DNA from: a virus | Taxonomy: Duplodnaviria > Caudoviricetes | DNA length: 27,594 nucleotides | IMG/VR virus record: IMGVR_UViG_3300032239_001203 | Span: 1 to 27,594 of that record | Reading direction: 5' to 3' (one strand) | Shown: positions 15,444-24,389 of the stretch, piece by piece | How positions within the stretch are numbered: position 1 is the stretch's first letter | Layout: each line of letters begins with the position of its first letter | Translations under genes and position numbers: made by a program | The notes under the pieces: generated by a model | Databases searched by the model: none | The model's input: only the letters and a program-made list of their open reading frames with translations | What the model was told of the DNA's origin: nothing

Positions 15444-16856
15444 TCACATGAGGTTTTGAACTCTAACTCTTCTGTAGTAACGGTTAGCGTTAGTTGTAAG
15501 AGCACCCTGACCTTGGGTAGTACCCTCAGCGAATGGGTTAGCAACCATACCATAACGAGTCTTGAACCCGATTTTTGGTTGGAAGGTGTTCTCACCAACG
15601 GCACGAACCATTTGGAGAGGAACATAAGGGCAGTAGAAGATACCAGCGTCATAAGGGGAAGCACCCTTATATCCAACAACGTAGAACTGGTTAGCAGCAA
15701 CGTTTGCTGAATATGGGTCGATGTAAACCTTATACTTGCCTTGTAGAACACCAGCAAAGGTGTTGCCAGTGTCATCAACGTTAAGATTAGCGTTGAGTGC
15801 TGGGGTGTAATCAAGAACACCTGCCATGGTGAGTGCCGAAGCAACGTCAGCAGAACAGAGGATCATGTTACCCTTCCCTCTACGAGTTCTTTGTGCGATT
15901 GCGTTAGCATCGCGCTCGATTTGGAAGATAAGTCCTTTGAACTTCTCAACAGACCAACGACCGTTGGAGTCAACGTCAAGGTCAAAAGTACCAGCGGTAG
16001 CAGTGTTGACCTGAGCACCTGGTTCAGCAACCTTGTAGATGGTACGAATAACTTCGCGGTTGATTTCAGCAAGAATCTCAGTTGAGAGAATGTTTGCTAA
16101 TTCCGCTTCAGCATTCAGACCGTGGATTGCCTTAAGGTCTTGTGCGAGTTCGAGTGAGTACTCAGCTTTTAGAGCACGTGATTTCGCGGTAACAGTGATC
16201 TTCTCGATTGAGAAGGCCATTTGGTTGAACTGATCGGTGCCGCCGAGATCTTCAGCGTAGTCAGTTCTCATTCCTTCGCCAACGTTGTACTGGTTAGCAC
16301 CAGACTGGGAGTTAGCGGTTTGTGCTGTTGGATCTAGGAGGGATGGGTTGGTTCCGCCTTGTGCGGTTGTACCCATACCAACTGTAGCACTTTCCCAACC
16401 ACCAGTGTTGTTGAATCCACTATCTTGACCTGAGAATGCCGAATCAACTTCGTTGAAGAATGTTTCGGTGCCACTTTGGCTGTTATAACGTGAACGCATT
16501 GCAAAGATCAGTCCAGTAGGACCGTTCATTGGCTGAACGCCACAAAGATCATAAGCGATCAAGTTAGGCATTGAACGTCTGATCAAGGAGATCAGAACGG
16601 GATCGAAACCAGCGGTAGGACCTGCGCTGAATCCTTGTGCGCTACCACCAAAACCAGCTCCACTTGCACCAGAAGCGGTTGAGTTACCTGGTGTTTCGTA
16701 AAGAAACTCACGCTCTTCACGGATTGCTTTTTCTTGGTTTTCTAGCAGGACTGCGGTTACCATTCTGCGATGTGAATCCCTAATAGGATCAAGACCTTGA
16801 TAGTCTAGCAGTGGTGACCACTTTTCCTGCAGATGCTCGGAATTGAACATTTGCAT
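15444..16856 (-). CDS. gp23: Major capsid protein
   Basis: EKWSPLL, LISLIRRSMPNLIAYDLCGVQPMNGPTGLIFAMR, AKSRALKAEYSLELAQDLKAIHGL, FQPKIGFKTRYG. Confidence 0.99.
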   Translation of the reverse strand: MQMFNSEHLQEKWSPLLDYQGLDPIRDSHRRMVTAVLLENQEKAIREEREFLYETPGNSTASGASGAGFGGSAQGFSAGPTAGFDPVLISLIRRSMPNLIAYDLCGVQPMNGPTGLIFAMRSRYNSQSGTETFFNEVDSAFSGQDSGFNNTGGWESATVGMGTTAQGGTNPSLLDPTAQTANSQSGANQYNVGEGMRTDYAEDLGGTDQFNQMAFSIEKITVTAKSRALKAEYSLELAQDLKAIHGLNAEAELANILSTEILAEINREVIRTIYKVAEPGAQVNTATAGTFDLDVDSNGRWSVEKFKGLIFQIERDANAIAQRTRRGKGNMILCSADVASALTMAGVLDYTPALNANLNVDDTGNTFAGVLQGKYKVYIDPYSANVAANQFYVVGYKGASPYDAGIFYCPYVPLQMVRAVGENTFQPKIGFKTRYGMVANPFAEGTTQGQGALTTNANRYYRRVRVQNLM

Positions 16857-16916
16857 TTGTTTTACCTCTTGAAAAAAAGTGTTATTGTTGTTCGTTTGAA
16901 TTTTATAATTTAAAAA

Positions 16917-18092
16917 TCACTTATTAGCAACTCTACCTAACATCTGAAGATATGCACCCATTGCTGGAGAGACCTGCTCTTCATATACGGTGTTTACTTC
17001 TTCTGAAAGATTTTCAGTTACGTTCTTTTGAGTACTAGCAATATTAGATGGGAAATAAGACTCCCTCAGAGTTACCAGTTTCTCACGATAGTCTGATTCA
17101 CTTTCAAACCCAACATTTTCTGCTAGAGAAGCGAGTTTGTCTTTCTGAGAAAGTGCGAGACCCTCAGAGACATCGGATAGGATTACATCAGCAACCGACT
17201 CTGCTAATCTTCTATTGAGCAAAACGTTTCTTTCGATTTGCTCGTTGAGTTTTTCTTCCATTTCATCAAGTTTATCTACCATACTATAAACTACATCATA
17301 TCTATCTTCAGGGATTGAAACATAATGATCTTCAAAAAGACCTCTCATTCCTTCAAGGAATGATTCGGTCATTTCAGTTTTGAGTCCTGCTTCAACAGCA
17401 AGAGCATTTTCGCTGATCCATTCATCAGCAACATATTCTAGATATGCATCAACTCTCTCGGTCAATTCACTCTTGATGAAATCAATTTCTTCAACCAATT
17501 GTTGTGCATATGCATCATGAAGTTCTTCTTTGATTTCTGCAACTTTAGATTTGATTGCAGTCTCAAAAATGGTACGTGCTTTCTCTTGGAATTCCTCAGA
17601 AAGCTCCTCACCTGAAAGTAGGGCATTGACATCTTCTTCGATGTCATACTCTTCCTTCATTCCACAGTCATCTTCATTTTCTTTTTTCTTTTTGTCATCT
17701 TCTTCAGATTTAGAAGGATTCTTTTTACCGTATTCCTTCTTATCTTCCTTTTGATCCTTTTTGCTGCCTTCTTCCTCATCTTCAGCAGCTTCCAAGATTT
17801 CTTCTTCGGAGATGAGATCTTCGTCATCTTCCTCAGTTTCTTCTTTAACTGCTGCAGCCTTAACAGCTTTAGCATTTACAATATCTCTAACTTGAGCAAG
17901 AGTTGCTGAAGGATCCTTGAGTTTAGCGGAATCATCGTCTGAACGATAATTTTCTGGAGTAGGACCGCCAAGATCTTCCCAACTTGCAGTTTGCCCAGGA
18001 GTAACTGGTGCAACTTGCGACATTGGTTCTGCAGGCTTAGCCCCTTTGGTTACTACGTTTTCCATTTCTTGTAAATTTCTACCAACGGACAT
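16917..18092 (-). CDS. gp22: Prohead core scaffold protein
   Basis: Acidic coiled coil; LSEEFQEKARTIFETA, VDAYLEYVADEW, YREKLVTLRESYF. Confidence 0.93.
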   Translation of the reverse strand: MSVGRNLQEMENVVTKGAKPAEPMSQVAPVTPGQTASWEDLGGPTPENYRSDDDSAKLKDPSATLAQVRDIVNAKAVKAAAVKEETEEDDEDLISEEEILEAAEDEEEGSKKDQKEDKKEYGKKNPSKSEEDDKKKKENEDDCGMKEEYDIEEDVNALLSGEELSEEFQEKARTIFETAIKSKVAEIKEELHDAYAQQLVEEIDFIKSELTERVDAYLEYVADEWISENALAVEAGLKTEMTESFLEGMRGLFEDHYVSIPEDRYDVVYSMVDKLDEMEEKLNEQIERNVLLNRRLAESVADVILSDVSEGLALSQKDKLASLAENVGFESESDYREKLVTLRESYFPSNIASTQKNVTENLSEEVNTVYEEQVSPAMGAYLQMLGRVANK

Positions 18093-18121
18093 TTTGGATC
18101 GATTGTGTTATAATCTATATT

Positions 18122-18129
18122 TATTTATA
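18122..18129 (-). promoter_or_regulatory. Late promoter TATAAATA
   Basis: Exact consensus upstream of gp22. Confidence 0.85.
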
Positions 18130-18131
18130 AT

Positions 18132-18782
18132 TTAAAGATTTGCTAAGAAATCTTGGAATAGTTGAACTTTATGTTCGTCTAATCTTTTTTGATCAACTAA
18201 AGTATTGATTCTTCTTTGAGTTTTGGATGCAAAGTTTTCACGAAGAATACCTCCATCCCACACCCATTCTTTACCTTCCATAATTCCGTGAACAAAAGCA
18301 TCAGGAGCAGAAGGATCGGCAACGATATCTGCAGCAGTTGCTAGCATAAAATCTTCACCAACAATTTTGTGACCTTCAGTACTCATCTGAAGTGATCCAA
18401 TTCCACGAGAAGAAACACCAAGCATAACTCCTTCACCAATAAGAGATTTTGCAATCTTACCCATCGGAGTTTCAAGAAGTTGTGCCTTACCAATAAAATT
18501 GCTTCCTTTTTGTTCAAGAGAAATAATTTTATGGGAAACACGATCAAGATTGACAGTAGGTCCATCGGGATGACCTAGTTCTCCAAGAGCACGACCCTTA
18601 CAAACAAATGCCTCATTATATCTTGCTACTTCACGGGCAAGAGTTTGCATTGGATACATTCTGCCGTTACGGTTGCAAATATCCCCTTGAAGGAAAACTC
18701 CTTCAATATACATTTTCTTTTCGGCACCTTTTCCTTCGGTGATGAACTTAACCTGTTGTACTTCTTCTGTGATGAGTTTCAT
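18132..18782 (-). CDS. gp21: Prohead core protease
   Basis: MKLITE, NRNGRMY, GELGHP, GVSSRGIGSL, DIVADPSAPDAFV. Confidence 0.97.
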   Translation of the reverse strand: MKLITEEVQQVKFITEGKGAEKKMYIEGVFLQGDICNRNGRMYPMQTLAREVARYNEAFVCKGRALGELGHPDGPTVNLDRVSHKIISLEQKGSNFIGKAQLLETPMGKIAKSLIGEGVMLGVSSRGIGSLQMSTEGHKIVGEDFMLATAADIVADPSAPDAFVHGIMEGKEWVWDGGILRENFASKTQRRINTLVDQKRLDEHKVQLFQDFLANL

Positions 18783-18786
18783 TGTT

Positions 18787-19329
18787 TTATTCGGATACTA
18801 ATGTAACTACTTCTGAAATATTAAAGAAAGCGCCAGTTTCGGGACTAAGACAAGATACTTTTACACTTTTGACTAATGTTGCGGGACCTACAGTTACTAT
18901 ACCAACTGAAGTACTGTTGAAATTTAGAGTAACTGAAGAATCATTCATTGATACGATAGCATTATGAGTCGTATTAATTCCTGATGTTGTAGCACCTTCA
19001 ATAGTTACATAATCTGTCACAACAAATGGATTCCCAGCGTTTTCACCAAAAGTAACTGTGGTAGTAGTACCTGTAGTAATACCTGAAATTTTTTGTCTTT
19101 TCATTGTCTCTTTCAAGACATCTACACTATAAGATGTGATATGAAAATTATCCGTATTTGCTACAGGATTTGTTCCAATCGCAATATATCCACCAGAACT
19201 ATTAAGTGATGAACCAATAGTTATTCTTAAATAACCAGTTTTAAGGGCAATAGGTACACTCGTTGTTGCAATACCAGCAGCTGGTGTTAATCTAGGTATT
19301 TGTGTATCCTGAACAATTTTTGTTGCCAT
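18787..19329 (-). CDS. Hypothetical, probable virion structural protein
   Basis: T/G/V-rich beta-type sequence in the head operon between gp20 and gp21. Confidence 0.7.
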   Translation of the reverse strand: MATKIVQDTQIPRLTPAAGIATTSVPIALKTGYLRITIGSSLNSSGGYIAIGTNPVANTDNFHITSYSVDVLKETMKRQKISGITTGTTTTVTFGENAGNPFVVTDYVTIEGATTSGINTTHNAIVSMNDSSVTLNFNSTSVGIVTVGPATLVKSVKVSCLSPETGAFFNISEVVTLVSE

Positions 19330-19487
19330 TATTCTCCATCCTCGGTTTGACCAAATAAAGATGTTGCAACTAAAGGTCTGGAAAGATCAATTCTCTCTGC
19401 AGCCTTAGCGTACAGAATATCTTTGATCTTATCACTAATAGAAGATGCAGAAGAGTCAGTTGCAATCAAATCGATAAGTTCTTCCAT
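19329..19487 (-). CDS. 52-aa acidic protein at the prohead-core (gp67-like) position
   Basis: Read by hand: MEELIDLIATDSSASSISDKIKDILYAKAAERIDLSRPLVATSLFGQTEDGE. Follows a late promoter and overlaps the next gene by TAATG. Confidence 0.75.
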   Translation of the reverse strand: MEELIDLIATDSSASSISDKIKDILYAKAAERIDLSRPLVATSLFGQTEDGE

Positions 19488-19512
19488 AAAATTAATACTA
19501 TTGTCTATAATT

Positions 19513-19520
19513 TATTTATA
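19513..19520 (-). promoter_or_regulatory. Late promoter TATAAATA
   Basis: Exact consensus just after the gp20 stop. Confidence 0.85.
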
Positions 19521-19524
19521 TCTC

Positions 19525-21237
19525 TTATATCTCCGCCTTTTTAGAATCTTTGGAAAGTTTCTTATCAAATTCGGCCGCTTGTGCTTCTAAGTCGGGTTCC
19601 TGAGGAACTTGCCCCATATCGGAGGTTGGATTTTGTCCCAAACCATCCGCTCCCATATCTGCAGCTGGTTGACCCTCAGCTGGTAAAGGTTGACCTGTAA
19701 TTGGGTCTACTGTACTTGGATCTGGAATAATTCCTTTTTTAATCTCATCTTGAATTTGATTATCAATATCAATAATTTCCGAATCAGTTTGACGAAGAAC
19801 CCTTTTTCTAACATATTCTGTCGAATAATATTTTCCAATATAAGGTTCAATTGTAGCGAGAGTTGCTAAACGACCATTTACTAACTCAGATTCCTTTAAC
19901 TCTGCAAATTGATTGTCATATAAGAAATCATATTGAATATGATCGCTCATAACCTTCCAGTCTTCTGGACTAACAATATTTTTAAGAATTAATTGAGTTC
20001 TTAGAAGATCGTTGAAAAGATTAGCAAAACGCTTTCTCAGTCTTCCAACAAACTTAGAAAACTTGAGTTCATCTCTTAAAATTTCTGATGAACGTCCAAG
20101 ATTAAATCCACCATCACCAGCAATTCTGGATTCTGGAACTCCTAGTGCTCTATAAAGTTTCTTTTGGAAATACTCAATATCAGCAAGTTCTCCGAGATTC
20201 TGACCACCAGGAAGAGTTGTGATTTCGGTTCCACGACCACCTTCTCTTCTGGGTAACCAGAAATCTTCCATCATACTCATAAATTTACGATCATCACGAA
20301 CTTCACCAGTATTTGCATCATAAACAAGTTTGTTACGATAACGATTCATAACATCCTTAAGGTATTGTTCTGCCTTTACCTTAGGAAGATTGCCAACATC
20401 AATATAGAAAATACGACGCTCTGGAGCACGTGACAATCTGTAAATGACAAGACTGTCCTCAATCATTCTCAATTGATTGAGTGCTTTAATTGCCTTATGT
20501 AGATATGATAAAACACTATTTTTATTTCTATCAACTAATCCTGAAGTACAATAAGTAACTGAATCTTTCGCAATTTTTACTGCTCCCTTTGCAGATCCTG
20601 TGAGAGTAGTAGATGGGAAATTTGGAGATGGAGTATAAATGAAATATTCTTCAATTTCTGGACTAACAATTTTTTCTGGATTTGTTTTTTGATATAGTAC
20701 CCCAAGTTTATTTGGATCAGGAGATTTTTCCTGACGTACATATTTCATTTTCAATGGGTCAATATACCTTAAATCCTGAATTCCCTGTTGGGGATTTTTT
20801 AAATCGATTACTTTAAGATAAAAAAGTCTTCCATCAACATACCAATTCCTAAAAATTTCGTGACATTTTTTATCAAAGTCAAGCATTTCTTTGATAAGTT
20901 TGAATTCTTCTCTAATCTTCTCCTTTAGTTTATCGCTAGCATTAAGATTAGATAATTCGATTTCTACTGGAGAATCATAGAGATCACTAACCAATGCTTC
21001 ATTAACAACATCTTCGATGGCATTATCACACTCTGGGTGTAATGCCATTTCTCTGTATCTTTTAATTAATTCAAATTCGGTTCTATAAACACCTTCGAGA
21101 TCAACATATGAACCATAAAATCCACTCTGAACATAATAATCAACCCCGTCCTGGTTATTAGGCGGGACGGGGGCAACTAGTGATTTCGACTTATCATCAC
21201 TTTCATCATTAATTGAGAAACCAAAAAGTCTTGCCAT
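19525..21237 (-). CDS. gp20: Portal protein
   Basis: FRNWYVDGR, SYLHKAIKALNQLRMIEDSLVIYRLSRAPERRIFYIDVGNLP, EDFWLPRREGGRGTEITTLPGG. Confidence 0.99.
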   Translation of the reverse strand: MARLFGFSINDESDDKSKSLVAPVPPNNQDGVDYYVQSGFYGSYVDLEGVYRTEFELIKRYREMALHPECDNAIEDVVNEALVSDLYDSPVEIELSNLNASDKLKEKIREEFKLIKEMLDFDKKCHEIFRNWYVDGRLFYLKVIDLKNPQQGIQDLRYIDPLKMKYVRQEKSPDPNKLGVLYQKTNPEKIVSPEIEEYFIYTPSPNFPSTTLTGSAKGAVKIAKDSVTYCTSGLVDRNKNSVLSYLHKAIKALNQLRMIEDSLVIYRLSRAPERRIFYIDVGNLPKVKAEQYLKDVMNRYRNKLVYDANTGEVRDDRKFMSMMEDFWLPRREGGRGTEITTLPGGQNLGELADIEYFQKKLYRALGVPESRIAGDGGFNLGRSSEILRDELKFSKFVGRLRKRFANLFNDLLRTQLILKNIVSPEDWKVMSDHIQYDFLYDNQFAELKESELVNGRLATLATIEPYIGKYYSTEYVRKRVLRQTDSEIIDIDNQIQDEIKKGIIPDPSTVDPITGQPLPAEGQPAADMGADGLGQNPTSDMGQVPQEPDLEAQAAEFDKKLSKDSKKAEI

Positions 21238-21265
21238 AGTATAAGGTAATTGGCTGATTATATTC

Positions 21266-21272
21266 TATTTAG
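21266..21272 (-). promoter_or_regulatory. Late promoter variant CTAAATA overlapping the gp19 stop
   Basis: TAAATA core about 29 nt upstream of the gp20 ATG. Confidence 0.6.
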
Positions 21273-21859
21273 TTGATATCAATACCACCAGCATTAGGAG
21301 CATTGCCTTTAACAGCTTCCCACCAGAGGATTTGGAATTCTACTCTAAACTCTTCAAGTGCTTCTGAATCGTAAGATAGATCAATTGCAGAAATATTGGT
21401 TGGGAAAATATCATAGAAATGATATGCTCTCAAAGTAGCTCCAGTACGATCTAATTGATAGATATAGGCATCAGCCTGATATGCAGCTGGATCGGTAACA
21501 CCAGTATTATCAGAAACTCTATTGATTTTATTCATCCAGTTCTCAAATGCAGAACGGATTGCAAAATCAGTATCGTTGATAACTGTAACCGACCAACTTT
21601 CAAAAGATCTGTCACCAGCAACATTTAAAGTACGACCTCTAAATTGAACTGGTAATGCTGCAACGTTTGATGCTGGTAGAGCAGCTGCTTTTACGAGAAA
21701 TCTTGATTTATCAAGGACATTTGCATCAGCTGGTGCTACATCTGGGAAAGAAAGTACGACCTCAAAGAGGTTACTTCTAGCGCCACCGCCAGTAAGCTTA
21801 CTCTTAAAGTCGGTAATCTTTCTTAATGGAGGTGGATTTAGTTGAGTTCTGGTTGCCAT
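21269..21859 (-). CDS. gp19: Tail tube protein
   Basis: GGARSNLFEV, FRGRTLNVAGDRSFESWSVTVINDTDF, FPTNISAIDLSY. Confidence 0.96.
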   Translation of the reverse strand: MATRTQLNPPPLRKITDFKSKLTGGGARSNLFEVVLSFPDVAPADANVLDKSRFLVKAAALPASNVAALPVQFRGRTLNVAGDRSFESWSVTVINDTDFAIRSAFENWMNKINRVSDNTGVTDPAAYQADAYIYQLDRTGATLRAYHFYDIFPTNISAIDLSYDSEALEEFRVEFQILWWEAVKGNAPNAGGIDIN

Positions 21860-21881
21860 TGTTTTTTAACCTCTGAATTAA

Positions 21882-24071
21882 TTAAACGTTTCCAATTACT
21901 TCTTCAAAAGCAACACCAGTTCTGGTGGCAACAAAGGTTAGACCGATGAAGTTAATCGATCTTGCGGGTTTGATGTAGATGTCAGCAATAAATTCATTAT
22001 TATCTATCACAGCAGCAGTGTTGTTTGTGGAATCGCAAACAACAACATAATCATAGATACCTCTCTTTGCCTGAACATCACGTAAGAATGGTTCAACAAT
22101 ATTTACGAAGTTTGTTCTTGTAATTTCATCGTTGAATTCAAAGAGTTGATCCTTAGCAGCAGCAGAGATAGCATTTTCGAGGTAGATAAAGAGTCTACGA
22201 ACGTTGATACGATCAAATGCTGATGATTTTGATAAAGCTGTCTTATCACCAAATAGAATAATTCCAGATCCAGGTGAGAAGATTACTGGGTTAATTCTAT
22301 TACTATAGAGGCGATCTCTTTGTGTTTTTGATGGATTATATGCTAGTTTAACTGAATTTAAAATTGTTCCTCTTGTAGTACCTGCAGGTGAGAACCAAGC
22401 AAAGTTATTGATATCATTTCTGGCACAAGTTCCAGCAATATCACCATTCATAGGAACATATCTAAATGCATTATTAAATCTGTCATACATGTATTTGTAT
22501 CCAGTATCAAATACTGCATAAGATGATGAAGTTATTGGTGCATAGAAACTAATTACATTCTCAGTAATATCAGCATCAGAGTTAACTGTAACTGCAGTTT
22601 GAGAAGATGTATCAGTTAAAGCAGATGCTCTGTAAGGTGAAATGAAGGCAATACAGTCTTTTCTTAGTTCTGCAACAGAAATGAGTTTGTTTGCTAGTGC
22701 CTGAGTGGATTCCTTAGAATAAGCAGCAGAACCCATCAATAAGAAGTCTACCTTATAATTATCAGTATTTTCAAATAAAGCATAACCATTTGATAGGTTT
22801 CCGATTGGAGCAGTCAATGCTCCTGCTGTTGATAATCCAGTTTGACCGTTATAGTTAAGTCCACCTAGAAGTTTTAGAGTACTAGCACCATGAACACCAA
22901 AATTAATTCCCGAAGCGTTTTGATCCCAACCAGTATCTGTTGCTGGAACCTGAGTTGTTGTACCAGCACTTACTGCACTAAACGCGGAAGTTGTAATTCC
23001 ACCGATAGCAGAATGTGGTTGTGATCCAGCAAAGAGATATTGTGAGTTGGTTTCTAAGTATTTTCTCCAATATGAAGGACTACCAGTTGAAAATTCTGCA
23101 TCTTTTGCCTTGGAAAGATTTAGGTGCTTCTCAAGAATGGTTCCAGCATTTCCACTGATAGAACCCTTATCATCAATCACAACAATACTAACTTCATCAA
23201 ATCTAGATCCTCTTGCTGCAGCATATGCTGAAGTTGCTGGAGAATCTGCAATATTATTCCAAGGAATACTTGTATTATTTGATAGTGGAATTGATTGTTG
23301 GCCGAACCAATCTGAAACAGCAGTTGGAGTTGTGGTTGCAATAGAAACAGAAGAAATTGTATTTCCAACTCCAATAACAATACCGCTTCTAAAACGATAA
23401 ATTCCTGATTCTTGATAATCTGCTTGAGTTTCTGTTCCACCTGCAGAAACCTGTCCGAGAACTTTTACCGAAATGCTACCAGCACTAACCTGAGTAATGA
23501 TACCTTTTAAGTATCCATCAAGTTGAGTTGTAGTTCCAATTCCAATATTTGCTAATCCGCTAGCGGTTTGGGTAACAGCTAAACCAACAGAAAAACCAGT
23601 GGTAGATGCAACACTTATAATTTGGTCTGCTTTAGCATCAATAATTGCTACAACTAAATTGTTGGCCCAACCACCTGGATTTTTTGCAGCAAATAAGAAG
23701 TTGCTGTTTGTATTCTCATCATATCCAAGTTGGACGTAATGATCGTTACTCTTGATCTTAATGCTTGAACCAGAACCAACAGAAGCGTTTCTTAGATCAT
23801 CATCATCCGATCTTACTACTCTTAACTGGCCACCATATGCCAGATAAGATGATGCAACCATCCAACTCTCATAATGCTTATCAGTAGCATATGGAGTACC
23901 AAACAGGTCTAATAGGTCTTGCTCATTTGAAACTAATGTAGGTAATTCTACAGGACCCTGTGCGAAGGGCGCTACAATACCTGCAGTTTTATCAGATACT
24001 GCATTTACTCTACCTGCGGTTAAATCAACTTCCCTAACAATTATTCCAGGAGATGCTAAATTTAGTGGCAT
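21882..24071 (-). CDS. gp18: Tail sheath protein
   Basis: SPGIIVREVDLT, RKDCIAFISP, WFSPAG, GDKT, SAFDRINVRRLF, IKPARSINFI. Confidence 0.98.
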   Translation of the reverse strand: MPLNLASPGIIVREVDLTAGRVNAVSDKTAGIVAPFAQGPVELPTLVSNEQDLLDLFGTPYATDKHYESWMVASSYLAYGGQLRVVRSDDDDLRNASVGSGSSIKIKSNDHYVQLGYDENTNSNFLFAAKNPGGWANNLVVAIIDAKADQIISVASTTGFSVGLAVTQTASGLANIGIGTTTQLDGYLKGIITQVSAGSISVKVLGQVSAGGTETQADYQESGIYRFRSGIVIGVGNTISSVSIATTTPTAVSDWFGQQSIPLSNNTSIPWNNIADSPATSAYAAARGSRFDEVSIVVIDDKGSISGNAGTILEKHLNLSKAKDAEFSTGSPSYWRKYLETNSQYLFAGSQPHSAIGGITTSAFSAVSAGTTTQVPATDTGWDQNASGINFGVHGASTLKLLGGLNYNGQTGLSTAGALTAPIGNLSNGYALFENTDNYKVDFLLMGSAAYSKESTQALANKLISVAELRKDCIAFISPYRASALTDTSSQTAVTVNSDADITENVISFYAPITSSSYAVFDTGYKYMYDRFNNAFRYVPMNGDIAGTCARNDINNFAWFSPAGTTRGTILNSVKLAYNPSKTQRDRLYSNRINPVIFSPGSGIILFGDKTALSKSSAFDRINVRRLFIYLENAISAAAKDQLFEFNDEITRTNFVNIVEPFLRDVQAKRGIYDYVVVCDSTNNTAAVIDNNEFIADIYIKPARSINFIGLTFVATRTGVAFEEVIGNV

Positions 24072-24105
24072 CTTGATTTCTCCGAATCCAAATTTAATCT
24101 GAAAT

Positions 24106-24113
24106 TATTTATG
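24106..24113 (-). promoter_or_regulatory. Late promoter CATAAATA for gp18
   Basis: NATAAATA about 35 nt upstream of the ATG, with a GGAGA RBS in between. Confidence 0.75.
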
Positions 24114-24152
24114 AAAAAGGCTACTTTCATCTGGGAAATGGTGCGTGAACAC

Positions 24153-24389
24153 TCACCAATCTGGATATTCCCAATTTACTGATGATATTTTTTCTTTTCT
24201 GGATTTTTTAATTCTCTTTACAGTGCAGTTTTTACATTCATAAGAATATGCAGATGGAAAAACCGATTTATTTTTACGAGTCAAATAGAAGTCATCTATC
24301 AAGTTTTTTACTTTACCACAAACTCTACATTTCCTATCAAAAAATAATATATGTTCCAACTCCATTTGATCTTCAAAATTATATCCCAT
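24153..24389 (-). CDS. Small Cys4 zinc-finger protein
   Basis: CRVC...DFY...YECKNC with C-terminal EYPDW; start overlaps the gp17 stop (alternative GTG 24392). Confidence 0.7.
   Translation of the reverse strand: MGYNFEDQMELEHILFFDRKCRVCGKVKNLIDDFYLTRKNKSVFPSAYSYECKNCTVKRIKKSRKEKISSVNWEYPDW

Noticed and set aside
15371-15444. Absence of the gp24 vertex gene after gp23
   Set aside because: The gp23-gp3-uvsY order is normal for cyanomyoviruses.
15317-15844. 175-aa alternative-frame ORF overlapping the gp23 3' end (possible frameshift extension)
   Set aside because: It crosses a strong UUCG terminator, I saw no slippery site, and the sequence is not protein-like.
17640-17850. Low-complexity TCT/TTC-rich tract
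   Set aside because: It encodes the E/K/D-rich linker of the gp22 scaffold and is not a repeat array.
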